64,000 nucleotides of DNA from Macrostomum hystrix. Lineage: Eukaryota > Animalia > Platyhelminthes. The notes beneath the pieces were generated by a model that saw only the letters and a list, made by a program, of their open reading frames with translations, had not been told where the DNA came from and made no database searches. Shown here piece after piece: positions 32,646 to 45,172 of the stretch. Each line of letters starts with the position of its first letter. The stretch's first letter is position 1. The position numbers were made by a program, and so were the translations under genes. The DNA is taken from assembly GCA_950097015.1 (NCBI GenBank), contig CATNEN010000011.1:868001-932000 (forward strand). Reading direction: 5' to 3'.

Positions 32646-34859
32646 CATGCACCTGCACCTGCATGGCCAGATATGGAAAAGTGTAAAACGGTTTCTTTTT
32701 AAATAAAGCCACTATAAGAACACCATAAATTCCTTGTGAAGGATGTGTACTTCGTCATCAGGACGTAACCAAAAGTTTAGTTACAAGAATGAAATCTAAT
32801 GGGCAATTTTTTAGATTTTCTGGTTTTTTATCACCAAGCAACGACTGTATAAAATCTAAGAAAGTGTCGCGCGCTGTACATGGAGTGTACAAATTTGTGA
32901 GACTTTTGACTATTCTTCTTCAATAGTCCAAACCTGACAATAGCTTGGTGAGTTAAACTGAAGTTTATTGTCTTAAAAAAGAGCAAGTCACTGCTAAATT
33001 ATTGACTGCAAGCAGTTTAGGCCCCTTTTGCTGTCATCTCGAATCGTCGTCTTGGCTTGACTGTCCAATACTGACAAGGTGCAGCTGTTTGAATAATTTT
33101 CAAGGCTTCTTAAGTGTCCTTGTAAGCATGCATACAATGGGGCAAACGATCCTTTTGCTAAGTGAGTTTCCTCCGGTCGTTAAGTTTAGTATAAGCTTTT
33201 TTGTAATACTGATAGTCGTACAGTTTTCAATTTAAGCAGTTGTTCGACTATATACATGTAGTTATATACTATAAAGTTATAATGAAAATTTGCTTGCTAT
33301 ATTCCTCTAATTGCATATTCTATATTACTTTCCTGCATCTATCGAATTTACGTAATGATAAAGTTTAGCTGTTTTACCCGTTTAATGAAACGGATATTTA
33401 TTATGAAGCATGAACTATGGTTCCGTATTTGTGACTGCAATACGAGAGTATGCAACTATAATATATTTTTGCAGTTAAAATCTGCATTCTTTGGTTTCGT
33501 AACCTTGATGAGAAAAGTACAGAGTTGATAATAACAAATAGAAATTCACCTATTTTAAGTCCATATTCCTTACATACTCAGGTACGTAACCTAGATTGGT
33601 TTTAGAAGCCAGTAACGAATAACTATAATTACTGAGATTAGTGTAGCGGTAATATCGTCTAATTATATTAGATATATGTATATCCGGGGGCACGGATGCA
33701 GGAGCAGAAAAAAACACGCTTTCAAAAGGACTGATTATTCCTAGAATGATACAATATAACAATAATTAGTAGACATGCTTAGCATATAAATAATATAATA
33801 ATCTTCTCAGCAACTTGTAACGTAGCAATTACTTTAAAATAGATAAATAATTGAACGAACCAGGGTTACACCGCCAGAAAAGATAAGATCGATTGATAAT
33901 ACTAAAACCTGTTTTTTATTTCTGCTTGTTTCTTAGGTTGCGGCAGTTTATGAGGCATCTATAGTTAGTTATGCAGCTCAATTAACCAATTCCCACTTCA
34001 TTGGCAAACTATACACTTCCCAATTTAATACACCCTCAAAATTAGTCCGATTGCTCTCGAAAATTGGTTAACTATCTCCCCACTTCTCACCTTTAATTCA
34101 TCATTAAAGCAGTTTTGCAATAATTTCATTGAAGAAATCCACCATTAGGATTAAAAAAATCTGCTATAGATTTATTTTAAACTCATTTTAGGCTTTGCGA
34201 TAATTTTATTATATTCACACAAAATCTAGCCCACTGAAGTTTTTCAATAGACTTTTCGTATATATAGGGACGCTTGTTTAGCAGGCCGCGGCATTAGCAA
34301 AACGGTTATTCCGATCGAAAAAAGATTAGAATATTAAAATTTAAAATATGTACTCGCAGATTTAAGTACAATTGCAATCCTTAAAAAACTATTTGGCTTA
34401 TTCTTACTTGAATTTTCTGGATGGGGAGGCGGACGATTAATACAACCAGAGGGAGCTTCTCCCGGGGATCCGTCGTCGGTCTCGCCTCCACCTCCGCACA
34501 AGCGATTTGTCTTTTTTCTCTTCTTTCTTCACACAGCTGTGTCGTCTTTCAGTGTTATTGTCTTTGATAAGCAATTCAAATTCAAATTCAACTTGACAGC
34601 GATGCAGGCTTTTCAACGTCTTAACGATCTCGAAGGTGAAAAGCTATAGACAGCTGTTTGGCTCTACATGGTACAGGGTAGCTCTAGTACAACATTTACA
34701 AGTAGCAAAAGTGCTCTTCGGTCGCTATGCTGCCAAACGGGCGAGAATTGACTAAAGTGGATTGCAGCTATACGAGCTAAAATAAAAGCTACGTGTAGCG
34801 AGCAAAAATGTGTTGAATGAATTTTGCCGTGCTAAAATACCTGTCAGCTTCGATGCCAC

Positions 34860-36400
34860 ATACTTGGTGAGTGCGTGTGTGCGTGTGTTTTCTTTGATTT
34901 AAAAAGCGCCTTTGACATGGTTCACCACCCAACCCTGGTCACACGATTAAAGCAGTTGGGCGTGAACCCAGCAATAATAAGCACCATTGAGAGTATGTAC
35001 TCAAGCGCGAAATTTCACCTCAAGGTGTCAGAAGGCACAGCTACTGAGGCGTGTCGAATCACTAATGGCGTCAGGCAAGGATGCCCCTTATCTCCACTGC
35101 TATTCTCCCTATACATCGACCCGCTAAGCACAATCCTTAAAAACTCCTTTCAAAGCCATACCTCCATATTGAATGAAGACGTAAACAACCTGCTTTATTG
35201 TGACGATTTAGTCATTTTTGGTGAAGACCTGACAGAATTACAAAAAGGCCTCGACAAAGTAGCAGATTTTTGCAATACTCATAAATTAGAAATAAACACT
35301 GAGAAGACAAAGCTTCTGAGCTGCAATCTCCACTCAAGGGCAACACATAGACTGTTTTTACATGGTCAACTGGTTGAACCCGTACAGCAGTGGAAATATC
35401 TTGGGTTTCACATGAACGTGAAGGGTACAATAGATACTCATGCCATAGAACTAGGTAAAAAAGTGGATATCCAATAATGCTTCTGAGAAAGTTGGCGGGA
35501 TTTCAGAGAGTAAAACACAAACAGCTCATCCTGTTTAGCACAACTATGATTGAAAGCATAGTTCTCTATGCATCAGAGGCCTGGGGAGCCTTTGTCTCCT
35601 GGAAACTGGGTACTTGGGATCGGAACCTTATAGAGAGAATTAATTTTAGAATCTGCAAGTCGATTCTGCAAGTTAGTCCAAACACTGACAGCAATGGTGC
35701 TCGGTCCGAATTAGGAAGACTACCACTATTATATAGTATTCAAAAAAGAAGCCTTCAATACAGGTCCTCAGTTCGGAGCCGACCAGACTCCATCATCGCG
35801 AAATTGGTGGCAGATACAGAATACAGCGATGTTGGCATTGGGGAAAAAATGAATAGTGAAGTAATGCGGAATTGTCAACAGACTAGAAAAACAAAGTCCA
35901 TCAAAACGCACAGAGAGAACTTTGAGTCAGAGTTTCGAAGCCACTGGACTCAGAGGATGGGAAAATCAGCCAAGCTCAGCCACTTCTATTACACGTTTAA
36001 GAAAGATTTCTCCCGAGAAAACCTAACAATAATCTCTAACCCAGGACAAAGGCGCACAATGTCCCGATTTCGTCTAGGAAACCACAAACTGGCCTGTGAG
36101 ACATTGCGCACTGTAAGACCGAAAATCGCCTATGAAAACAGAACATGCCCAAAATGTAGAGTCGAGGTAGAGAACGAAACTCATATTCTCTTTAGATGCG
36201 ATTGGTCCGTTTATGTTCCAATTAGAAATAAATTCATAGAGAAAGTAGCAGGTTCGAAATTTCGAAAGCCTAACAGTTGATGACAAAATTGTGTATTTAA
36301 TGACACAGAAAAGCACAGAATTAACAGAAAGTTTTGTGGACTTCATAGAAAGCATAATTAAAGCTAGATAAAAAGCCACTGCCCTGAGGCCCATAGTTAG
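34860..36400 (+). mobile_element. 5'-truncated non-LTR retrotransposon (L2/CR1-like), decayed
   Basis: RT motifs FFDLKSAFDMV, GVRQGCPLSPLLFSLYI, LLYCDDLV, WKYLG; break at about 35470; C-terminal FRLGNHKL..E and the CCHC knuckle CPKC..VENETHILFRC. Confidence 0.85.
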
Positions 36401-37268
36401 AATGCGAAAACACAATAGCTATTCTCCTTTCGGTCAGTTTTTAATTTTCTCTTTAAATGTCAATATTTCATTTTTTGTTTTAATGCCTTTGTTTATTTCA
36501 AAAATTTGTTTTTTTAAAAATATTTTATTAACCTAAAATTACGCATGCTACTGTTTTCCTATCGCCTTCTCTTTAAAAATATCGATTTGTTTAACCTCAA
36601 ACATAAAATAAACAAAAATAATCAGCACCCAATCGGCGTGCGCACCTCAATAATAATAATAATAATAATAGTACAGTGGAATTGTTTTTGCAAAAAAATG
36701 AATTGCGCAATGCGCAATTTTATTTCTCAAGTACATAGTAGCTTTAAGCCAGCAAGGAAGCTAAGGCATCTCATGTCTCTATTTCCGTATTTCCTCGAAA
36801 AGGTTCTTAAGTTCTAAATTGTTTTTACGCTTTCAAAAGCTCTTGTGCTCTTTTGCTCTTTTTCATTCCTCAAAATCCACAAAAGTCCCAAGTAATGGCC
36901 TTTACAATCAGTGGCGCAACCAGGGGGGGGCGGGGGTGGCGGCCGCCTCCCCCTTCGGCCCGGGGGGGCAATGTATGCAAAGGGCAAGCCAAGACGCTTC
37001 TTAATTTATTACCTTATCTCATTCCCTGTCCCCCGAGTCCAAGACCATTGGTCATATATTAATTTTCAAGCTTTCATTATAATCTGTCTATGGTCCGATT
37101 AGCTGCGCTCCCTTGACCCTGCTCACTGCCGAGCCAATATCTATGGCACGAAGACACTGCAGCGTTACTTAATGGCGTGGCTTAATGGCGTTACATAATG
37201 ATCAACCGAAAACGCTAGTCTATATGATAATGCGCTTATGTCTATGGTTTCAGAATTAAATAATGTAA

Positions 37269-37448
37269 TATACCTTTTCAACTTCGGATTCGTCAAAAGT
37301 GAGTTCGAATTCGTCAGCCTATATAAAACTATAGAGCGCTCAAGGGAATGAGAAGGGGTGTCTATGGTAATTTCTTTCTAGAAAGTGACTTTATATAGGC
37401 TGACGAATTCGAAGTCACTTTTGACGAATCCGAAGTTGAAAAGGTATA
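37269..37448. mobile_element. MITE-like palindromic element with about 60-bp terminal inverted repeats
   Basis: TATACCTTTTCAACTTCGGATTCGTCAAAAGTGA..TCGAATTCGTCAGCCTATATAAA at 37269-37328 is nearly the reverse complement of 37390-37448. Confidence 0.8.
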
Positions 37449-37995
37449 CTATAGCATGGTTTCCGAGGTCTTTAATGTCATGGCCGAGGGCGCGAAGCGC
37501 CTCGAGGCCATAGACATTAAAGACCGAGGAAACCGTGCTATAGGGTCATTGTAGTACGATAATAGTATATTATTACCCAGGCTTTCAGGGCGATAATGGG
37601 AAAGCCAGAGGGCGCCGAAGGCGCCCGAGGGATTTCTCATTATCGCCCGCAAAGCCTGGGTAATACTGTGATTGTACCATAGACTATGTGGCTTATAGTA
37701 TGTGGCTATACGTTAAAATACACAAAAATAATCCATTATCGGCCCAACTTTTCGGGCCAAAATGACATCGTCTATGGCAATAATCGAATATCAGCCCGCC
37801 CGATAGCCACGTAGTCATGGTACAATAGTTTCCCCATCTATTTTAAAGATTTCTCTAAAAATGGATCAGCCCAAGGACGCGAAAGACAGCCTGACTGGGG
37901 AAACACCCATTAAAGACCGATGTCTATATTTCTTATGTCTATGGCCGAATATAGTGAGGTAAACTCTGGATCTTCTGGATCGAAAACAAAGCCTG

Positions 37996-39165
37996 ATGGA
38001 AGGAGATAGATCCTACCCTAGCGGTCTGCTACATATTGAATACGGAGACATAGTTGGACTGACGAAGGACGAGATAGCCGCACGCATGGAAGCTGACAAC
38101 GCTCTATTTGCTCTAGAAATGGACGCAGATAGAATAAAAGAGATGGCGGCTGCATTCGCTGCGAGAATTGATGATAATACGCTTGCCGAACTGCTAGATG
38201 CAAAAGAGCCTCGAAACGAAGATATCGAGGCTCTAATACAAGATCTTGATTTGGTTGAGAAAAAACTGAACCACCAAGTGCGAGTCACCAAGAAAAATGG
38301 GCTCTGGAAAAATTTTATTCGACCACGGAGTCCCTTCAACTTGAAGTCGACATTAAGACCTGCGCAGAGGAGCGATTGGCGGCCTGTATCCGGATTGCGT
38401 ATGGAACTATCAAGCGCTCTGACGGTGGGTACTATGCACCTGCTACTTTGCGCTGTTTCCGGGCCGGTTTGTATCGCTGGCTGCTTCGGATGCGTGGAGT
38501 GGATGTCATATCTAACCAGATGTTCAAAAAGCGAACAATACGTTAAAAGTTGCTGCTAAACTGTTTCTGGAGAACGGCGGAGAAGTAAAGAGATTCAGCT
38601 CCATAGAAGACAATAATCTAGCTAAGCTTCGAAAGTATTTCGATCGGAGCACACCAGCAAAGTTACAGCATGAGTTCTATTACAATATGATGACTCATTT
38701 TGGGCTGCGTGCGAGAGAGTGGTTTCGACGCCTAACAGTTGAGTCGTTCGAAGAGATCATCACTGCATCTGGGCAAGAGGCTATCAAGTTGCGGCCGATG
38801 GCTACAAAGACTGATGGAGGACACTTGGAAAATGCAGCAAAAAATACTAAACAGGTGCTGATGGTTTCTACCGGCTTACCTGACTGCCCTGTGGGCTGCT
38901 TCAAAGACTACATGGAAAGGATCGCGAATGCTAAGAACCGAGAAGGTGTCGTGAACAGCATCGTCTTCCTTCGGCCGAGGGCTAAGCCTAACGCAGACTC
39001 GTGGTATTTTGCCAAGCAGCCGGTTGGACACAATACGCTGGGATCAATGATGCAGACAATATCTGAGAAGGCTGGACTGTCTAGAAAGTATATGCGCCTC
39101 ATTGCATCAGAGCAACGGTCGTGACGGAGCTGCACAACGCAGTATACACCCTTGAGGGCTAACCT
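37996..39165 (+). mobile_element. Crypton-type tyrosine recombinase (DUF3504-like) pseudogene
   Basis: Reading across three frameshifts (about 38320, 38530, 39095) gives KRSDGGYYAPATLRCFRAGLYRWL, LRKYFDRSTPAKLQ, HFGLRARE, CPVGCFKDY, WYFAKQPVGHNTL..MM..IS..AGL and HCIRATVVTEL. Confidence 0.8.
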
Positions 39166-42100
39166 CCGCACGTATACATGTATCAGGGCGGTATAGCTAA
39201 CTTGCAGTGATCGTCCAATTGTCCAAGGTCCCATTGTCAATTTAAATTCCAGTCACGGAGTTGTACGGTAGGAACTACTTAGAGTAGTTTTGCCGCAACC
39301 GCTTTTGCTTTTAAAAGTGCAATAAATGGCAGTTAGAGCAACAAAACAATTCTGGGCATCGATATTTTGTGTGTTCTGGTCAGTTGGAGTTTTAGAGAGA
39401 ATTAAATAGCGATATCAATTTAACTTCCATTATAGGCTCGAAGCAAAAGTATTTATTGGAAAAAAAATTGGTTGGGTTTAATTTTTGGGGACAATTACCG
39501 CATTAAGCACGTGAGCCATTAATTCAAAAGACCTGCTGACCCAACTAGATGTGCAAAACCATGTGCAAAACCTGCCGCACTCTGATTGGCTCGACGTCGT
39601 ACAGTAGACTGACGTTGACTGGTGTTGATTGCACATATTTGCGGCTACTCTCGCGCTAAGTGAACCCAAACAAAGTGAAAATTTTCAAAAAAAGCAAACG
39701 AGCAGTAAGTCATGCCAAGGTAGAAGTGGAAAACGATTTCCACTTCTTTTAAAATTGTATGTTTCGCATGGAATGGATATGGTACCGCCATTTCAACTTA
39801 AAAATGTGACTTCGAAAAATTCTGGCGAAAAAAAAGCAATAAAGTAAACATATTGTCATATTTCTTATTGCGACGTGGTTCCAAAGTTTATATAAAAAGC
39901 AATTTTTAGGGAAAAGTTGGTTGAATAAGCAAAGTGCAAACATATCAATAATAGCCATCAAATGTCGCTAAGAGCCATTAAAAACAATCCCGGTGTCAGT
40001 TGCTTAAATAACGAACAATTTAGCTTATGTTTATTTATATCTTTTGTAAAAAAAATTATTTTTGAACATTTTGAAGCAGTGTATTTCTCAGCTGATAACT
40101 GCTACGTACAGATACTTTGATTAAACTAACTGAGTCTTTTTTAAAACCAATTTATTTTCCTTGATTTTTTCAGGAAAGTAAGTTACATACAAAAGCATAT
40201 GTTTCTGTAATCGATATGTAATGCTATAAAAATTGAACTGAAACATGTTTGTGTTGTGCAATCGCAAAATGTATTTAATTAGTTTTTTATTGCTTACTAT
40301 ACGCTTGGCTACAATTATTGCCTCTTAACATAACAAACCGTTGCTTGCTTAAAACTAGTCTTGGCCTCACCTTACTGTTACTAAAACTAGTATGCTTACT
40401 GTATGTACTGTATGTATGTTTACTAAAATTAGTTTTAGAGTAATAGAAATACATTTTTTCTTATGATTCTTTTAATGTCTTGTACAAGTTTTAGTAAAAT
40501 AAAAACATTTTGTAGGCCTATGCCTCCTCTGGTCCTCTTCTAAGTAAAGTAATTCTTTAAAATCGCTAACTACATACTAGGCCCTAGCCTATTTAACACT
40601 AGCCAATGTATTATTTTTTGTCAAAATTATAGGCCAAAATATTTCGTTTTCAAGCAGTAAAATTAGGCCTACATTTTCTTGCTTCCCACACTTGTTTGAG
40701 TCAGTTTTCATTGACATGTTATTTTGACTTTCCCTATTGGAATAAGTTGACAAATCACATCCAACTGTCCAATGCATTTTCAGATTTATTTGGTTTTGCA
40801 TCGCGATGCAAGGCATTGCTCTGCAAAAGAGAAAAAGAGAGCAAATGAGAGCAAACTAAGTCGTAAATAGAGCAATGAAATGAACTAAGTCGCAAATGAG
40901 AGCAAAAACTAAGTCGCATGGCCGGCTAAGATTTGGGAGGTTGCGCATGTATGCCTTGACTTCACTATGATCGGACACCAAAAAATTCAGAAAATGCCAT
41001 TTATCCACTTTTTTCTAATAGTGACAAAAATAATATATATTAAAAAATAAAAATTCTTTAAAGTTTTTTACAATTAATAGCAATCGCTAGCTAGAGAAAA
41101 GTTAAATCTTTATCATCAACCAAATAGTGTATCATTTATACCAAACATGAATGCTCATATACTACCCATTCCTATGTATAAATAAGACAAACTAAAATGC
41201 TTAGAAGACCACTATAACTACAAATAAGAGCTTTAATTCAAATGAGATTTTAATTCTGACAAAAATTCTCAATGAGTAAATATATTACTAATAATATGCC
41301 CTAAAACGATTTCACTAACTGTTCAGATCTAGTTTCTCCAATATTTATATTTTTTCCTGCTTGCAGCTTGTAGAAAAAGTCATAAAACTCTTTTATTATT
41401 TGACAAATTTACAAACCAAGCATGTCTTTTGAATCAGAACAAAGTTATACTATAATTTTACAAAATAAGCTTCTAGAAAAGGCTTTAATCTAAAGCTACC
41501 CCAATAAAAACTCTGGTTGATAGTGCTAATTTACAGATTTTTTCAGTTTCCAAATAATTTATTTTGTGATCATACAACATTGAAACAAAGCAAAAAAAAG
41601 AGACAATGACAAAGTAATAACAAATAATTGTCTTTGAGGCTAGTTTGTAGCATTTTTATGTTTGAAGGCTACAGACACAAAGTAATTAGGTATATTACTA
41701 TTAGTTTTTTACCTAATTTTTTTAAATAACCTTATTTCCACAAATAATTGATTGAACAAGATTTTTTTATTTAAAATAAACAAATGTTTTTAGAAATTTA
41801 ACTTTAATGAAAGCTAAAAAAGACTGATAAAATGTTGAAGAATTAGCACTTACTATTTTAGAATGCTAAATATATTTGTTTACAAACTGCATTATATAAT
41901 TAAACAATTATATCAACCTATAACTAATGAAAATAAAAAAATACTGATTTTTCTGAATACTAATTCAAAATACTAAATATCTTATTTGCTTTTGTGCTGT
42001 TAAAATTACTAGATTTTAACTGATTTTAGTGCTACTATAAATTATAAAATAACAACTAATAAACTAAAAAAACTTAACTAATAAAAACTCTAAATTAATT

Positions 42101-44429
42101 TGATTTCAGAATAATTGTTAATGATAAACATGTAATGGATGAAGGACCACTTCCTGAAGTTGCAGCATATTTAATTGTAAGTTTTAATGGCATCATTTTT
42201 CTATATTTTTTTCTTTCCTTAGTTTACTTGGAATTACTTATCTATTAGCACTTTTACATGGAGCTTATACATTGTTGTTGTGTTTTTGAATATTTTTTAG
42301 ATTGTTTTCATGTAGATTCCTTTTTACGAGCCTAACCAAATAGTGCTAATTGCAATAAAAGATACAAAACAAATTTAATGAATATTTTAGGCATTACTTG
42401 GACTTGGATTGTTATTAATTCTGCTAGTAAGATCAGTAAGTCTAATCGACACTTTAGTTTATGTATGTAAATGCTAATTTAACATATAACGAGAATTTAA
42501 TTAGAACATACTAAAGCATAATCTATCCAAACATCAAGCCGTACAAGTGTAATTTAAAACTTCATCATAGTTGGCTGTGATTAACAAGTGTTCTTGGCAT
42601 TGCTCTGGGCAATAAAAATACATATATTTCTGTCTTTAGAATAATTTAGTAAATGGCTACACTAATATTAGCCACTGATTTAATAATTCTTTTGATTGAA
42701 GCTCCCTAGTGCTCCCTAGAAGCTAGTGCATGTTTTCGTGAAATTCTGTCAGGCTCGTTATTATATTTTTTATTAAAACCATTTTACTTCAAGATTGAAC
42801 ATCTGTGCAGCATGTATTTGCTCTTAATAAAGTAACAATTTGTATATTTATGTGTACCTGTGTTCCTACACATAACTTTTTTGCAGTCTAAAATTGTTAC
42901 ATAATATGTTGAAATAGTAAGCTCCAACGCTAATACCATGATTATTTTTGTTGTTTATTTAGCTATTTTGACTTTTATAATTTGGCTCTACGTTTGGCTT
43001 CTAATTAAACTGAAAATGGTAAATTTAGCTAAATACTAGGGTGAAATCTCATCAACCGAACAAGAAAATGTCATTTTCGACCATTCCAAGTTTCATAACA
43101 AAAAAACTAAACAAGATAAGAAAATAAAATTTACGGGTAGTTGTAAAAAACAATTTTATCTTTCAAATGAAAGTCTAGTCATCTAAATCGGTTCACTACA
43201 AAAAAAGTTGTGGCTATTTTTGTTTCAATTCCGAACAATGAATTTCCTATTTCATCAAACCGAACGATGTTTCTGATGTTCGGTTTTTTTTTTATTTGCC
43301 AAAAAAATTGACTTCTGCTCAATAAAAAGTTATAACAAAACAGTGTAAAAGAAAGAAAAAATCATGCTGCATCGATCTAAGTAAAGTTCAATAGTCCGAT
43401 TTGATAATAAGAGGGTTATTTTTAGCATCAAAGTATGTACCTCCCATCCGAGTCAAATCGTGCAATTTTTTTTCCATCTTGAGTTTTCCTGCTTCAGGCA
43501 CACTAAACAGCGAAACAAACAGCGAAAAAGTTATGTGCTGTCTTTGCTCATGAGTTTCCTATGGTTCGTGGAGTTTATAGTATTTTGCAACGAAGCCTTT
43601 AGTGACAAACTCACCCTCATTTCATAATTGTAGGCCTGGCGGTACTTGCGATATCTCAGACCTTAAGTCGCTACAGCTTTATTATGCAAACAGAGATGCT
43701 TGGTAAAACTTAAAAATAAATGAAAACCATGCAAAACTTCAAAGTAAAATCGGTTTCTCCCAGTTTAAAAGCGTTTACGCTGTACTAATGAGAATTAATG
43801 TAACTCACTTGCACAAAAAATGTCCACTTTTTCGAAATCTTTTAAACTTTTTTCTGAACGTGTTTTTCTACTGCTAGACTACTAGTCCTACTGGCAGTAG
43901 TCTGTTGCGGAAATTAAAAAAGCTAAAGCAAATGATCCCAGCTCTTAGGAAAAAAGATTGAAGGTCCAATAAAGGCTAGGCTACACAACTGGGCCTCCTT
44001 GGCAGACAGGGCAGAGAAGGAGACAAAGGCGGGAGAGAGCCGAACAGAGACCATTGCGTGATCTCCATGGCAACCGAGTTGCACATATGACAATTGTTGG
44101 CAACGATGAATGACAGGGCGAGGCCTAGCCAAAGGTATGAAGAAGCAATCTGGACTGGAAGCCGACCCCCTGACTCAACTTGTTGGAGGCCACTTAAATT
44201 TCCCCATCAATACACAGCAGATAGACAAAGTAGCATTAGGCCTATAGGCCTAGCACGTAAAGAAAGGTCATAAATGAAAGCAAGTACTTGGGGCCAAAAT
44301 TCTAGGCTGAAAATTTACTCTGTAACTTGATATTTAACAAAAAAGGATGCAGTCACAATGCAGGGAGATAAAAAGAAGATGAGGAAGAGAGCTGAAAGTA
44401 TATAGCGGCTAGGCGTGAAAGAGGAGAGA

Positions 44430-44760
44430 GAAGAAGGGTAAGAGAGAGAAGGAGAGGGGGAGAGAGAAAAGGAAAGGGGGAGACAGAGAAGGAGAGGGGA
44501 AGACAGAGAAGGAGAGGGGAAGACAGAGAAGGAGAGGGGAAGACAGAGAAGGAGAGGGGAAGACAGAGAAGGAGAGGGGAAGACAGAGAAGGAGAGGGGA
44601 AGACAGAGAAGGAGAGGGGAAGACAGAGAAGGAGAGTGGAAGACATAGAAGGAGATGGGGAGGACAGAGGAGGAGAGGGGAAGACAGAGAAGGAGAGGGG
44701 AAGACAGAGAAGGAGAGGGGAAGAGGAAGAAGGAGAGATAAGAAGAGAGGGAGAGCGGGA
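44430..44760. repeat. 20-bp purine-rich minisatellite GAAGGAGAGGGGAAGACAGA
   Basis: Tandem units visible. Confidence 0.9.
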
Positions 44761-45172
44761 GAGGTGGAGAACAGAGGTAGGGGGCGAGGTAGAGGAAGAA
44801 AGAGTTTGCTCTTGTCACCAATATTCTCAGCCCCAGTCAGCTGCCCCCTCAGCCAAATTGCATGCGGGTTGAAGCTAGCCAATAGCCAATACCGCACATA
44901 AATTCATGAGCCAATCAAAATGCTCGAAAACCGAAACCCCTGCACCGGGGTTCAATTTTGGGGTCATTCCATTACCACTCAGCCAGAGGCTGGGCCATAG
45001 ATTTTAGGCTTACTTAGAAGAGATGGAATTAATGCATAATACAAGAGCACATTTTAGAGACAAACCAGTAAACAGCCAATTATCGCATTTTATATTCTTT
45101 GCTGGGAGCTGCGAATGCAAATGGAATCCCAATCACACAAAAAGACGACACCAAAAGATGGCTAATAGACTA

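Noticed and set aside
39250-43900. Long AT-rich stretch
   Set aside because: No credible ORF, repeat unit or inverted-repeat pair identified.
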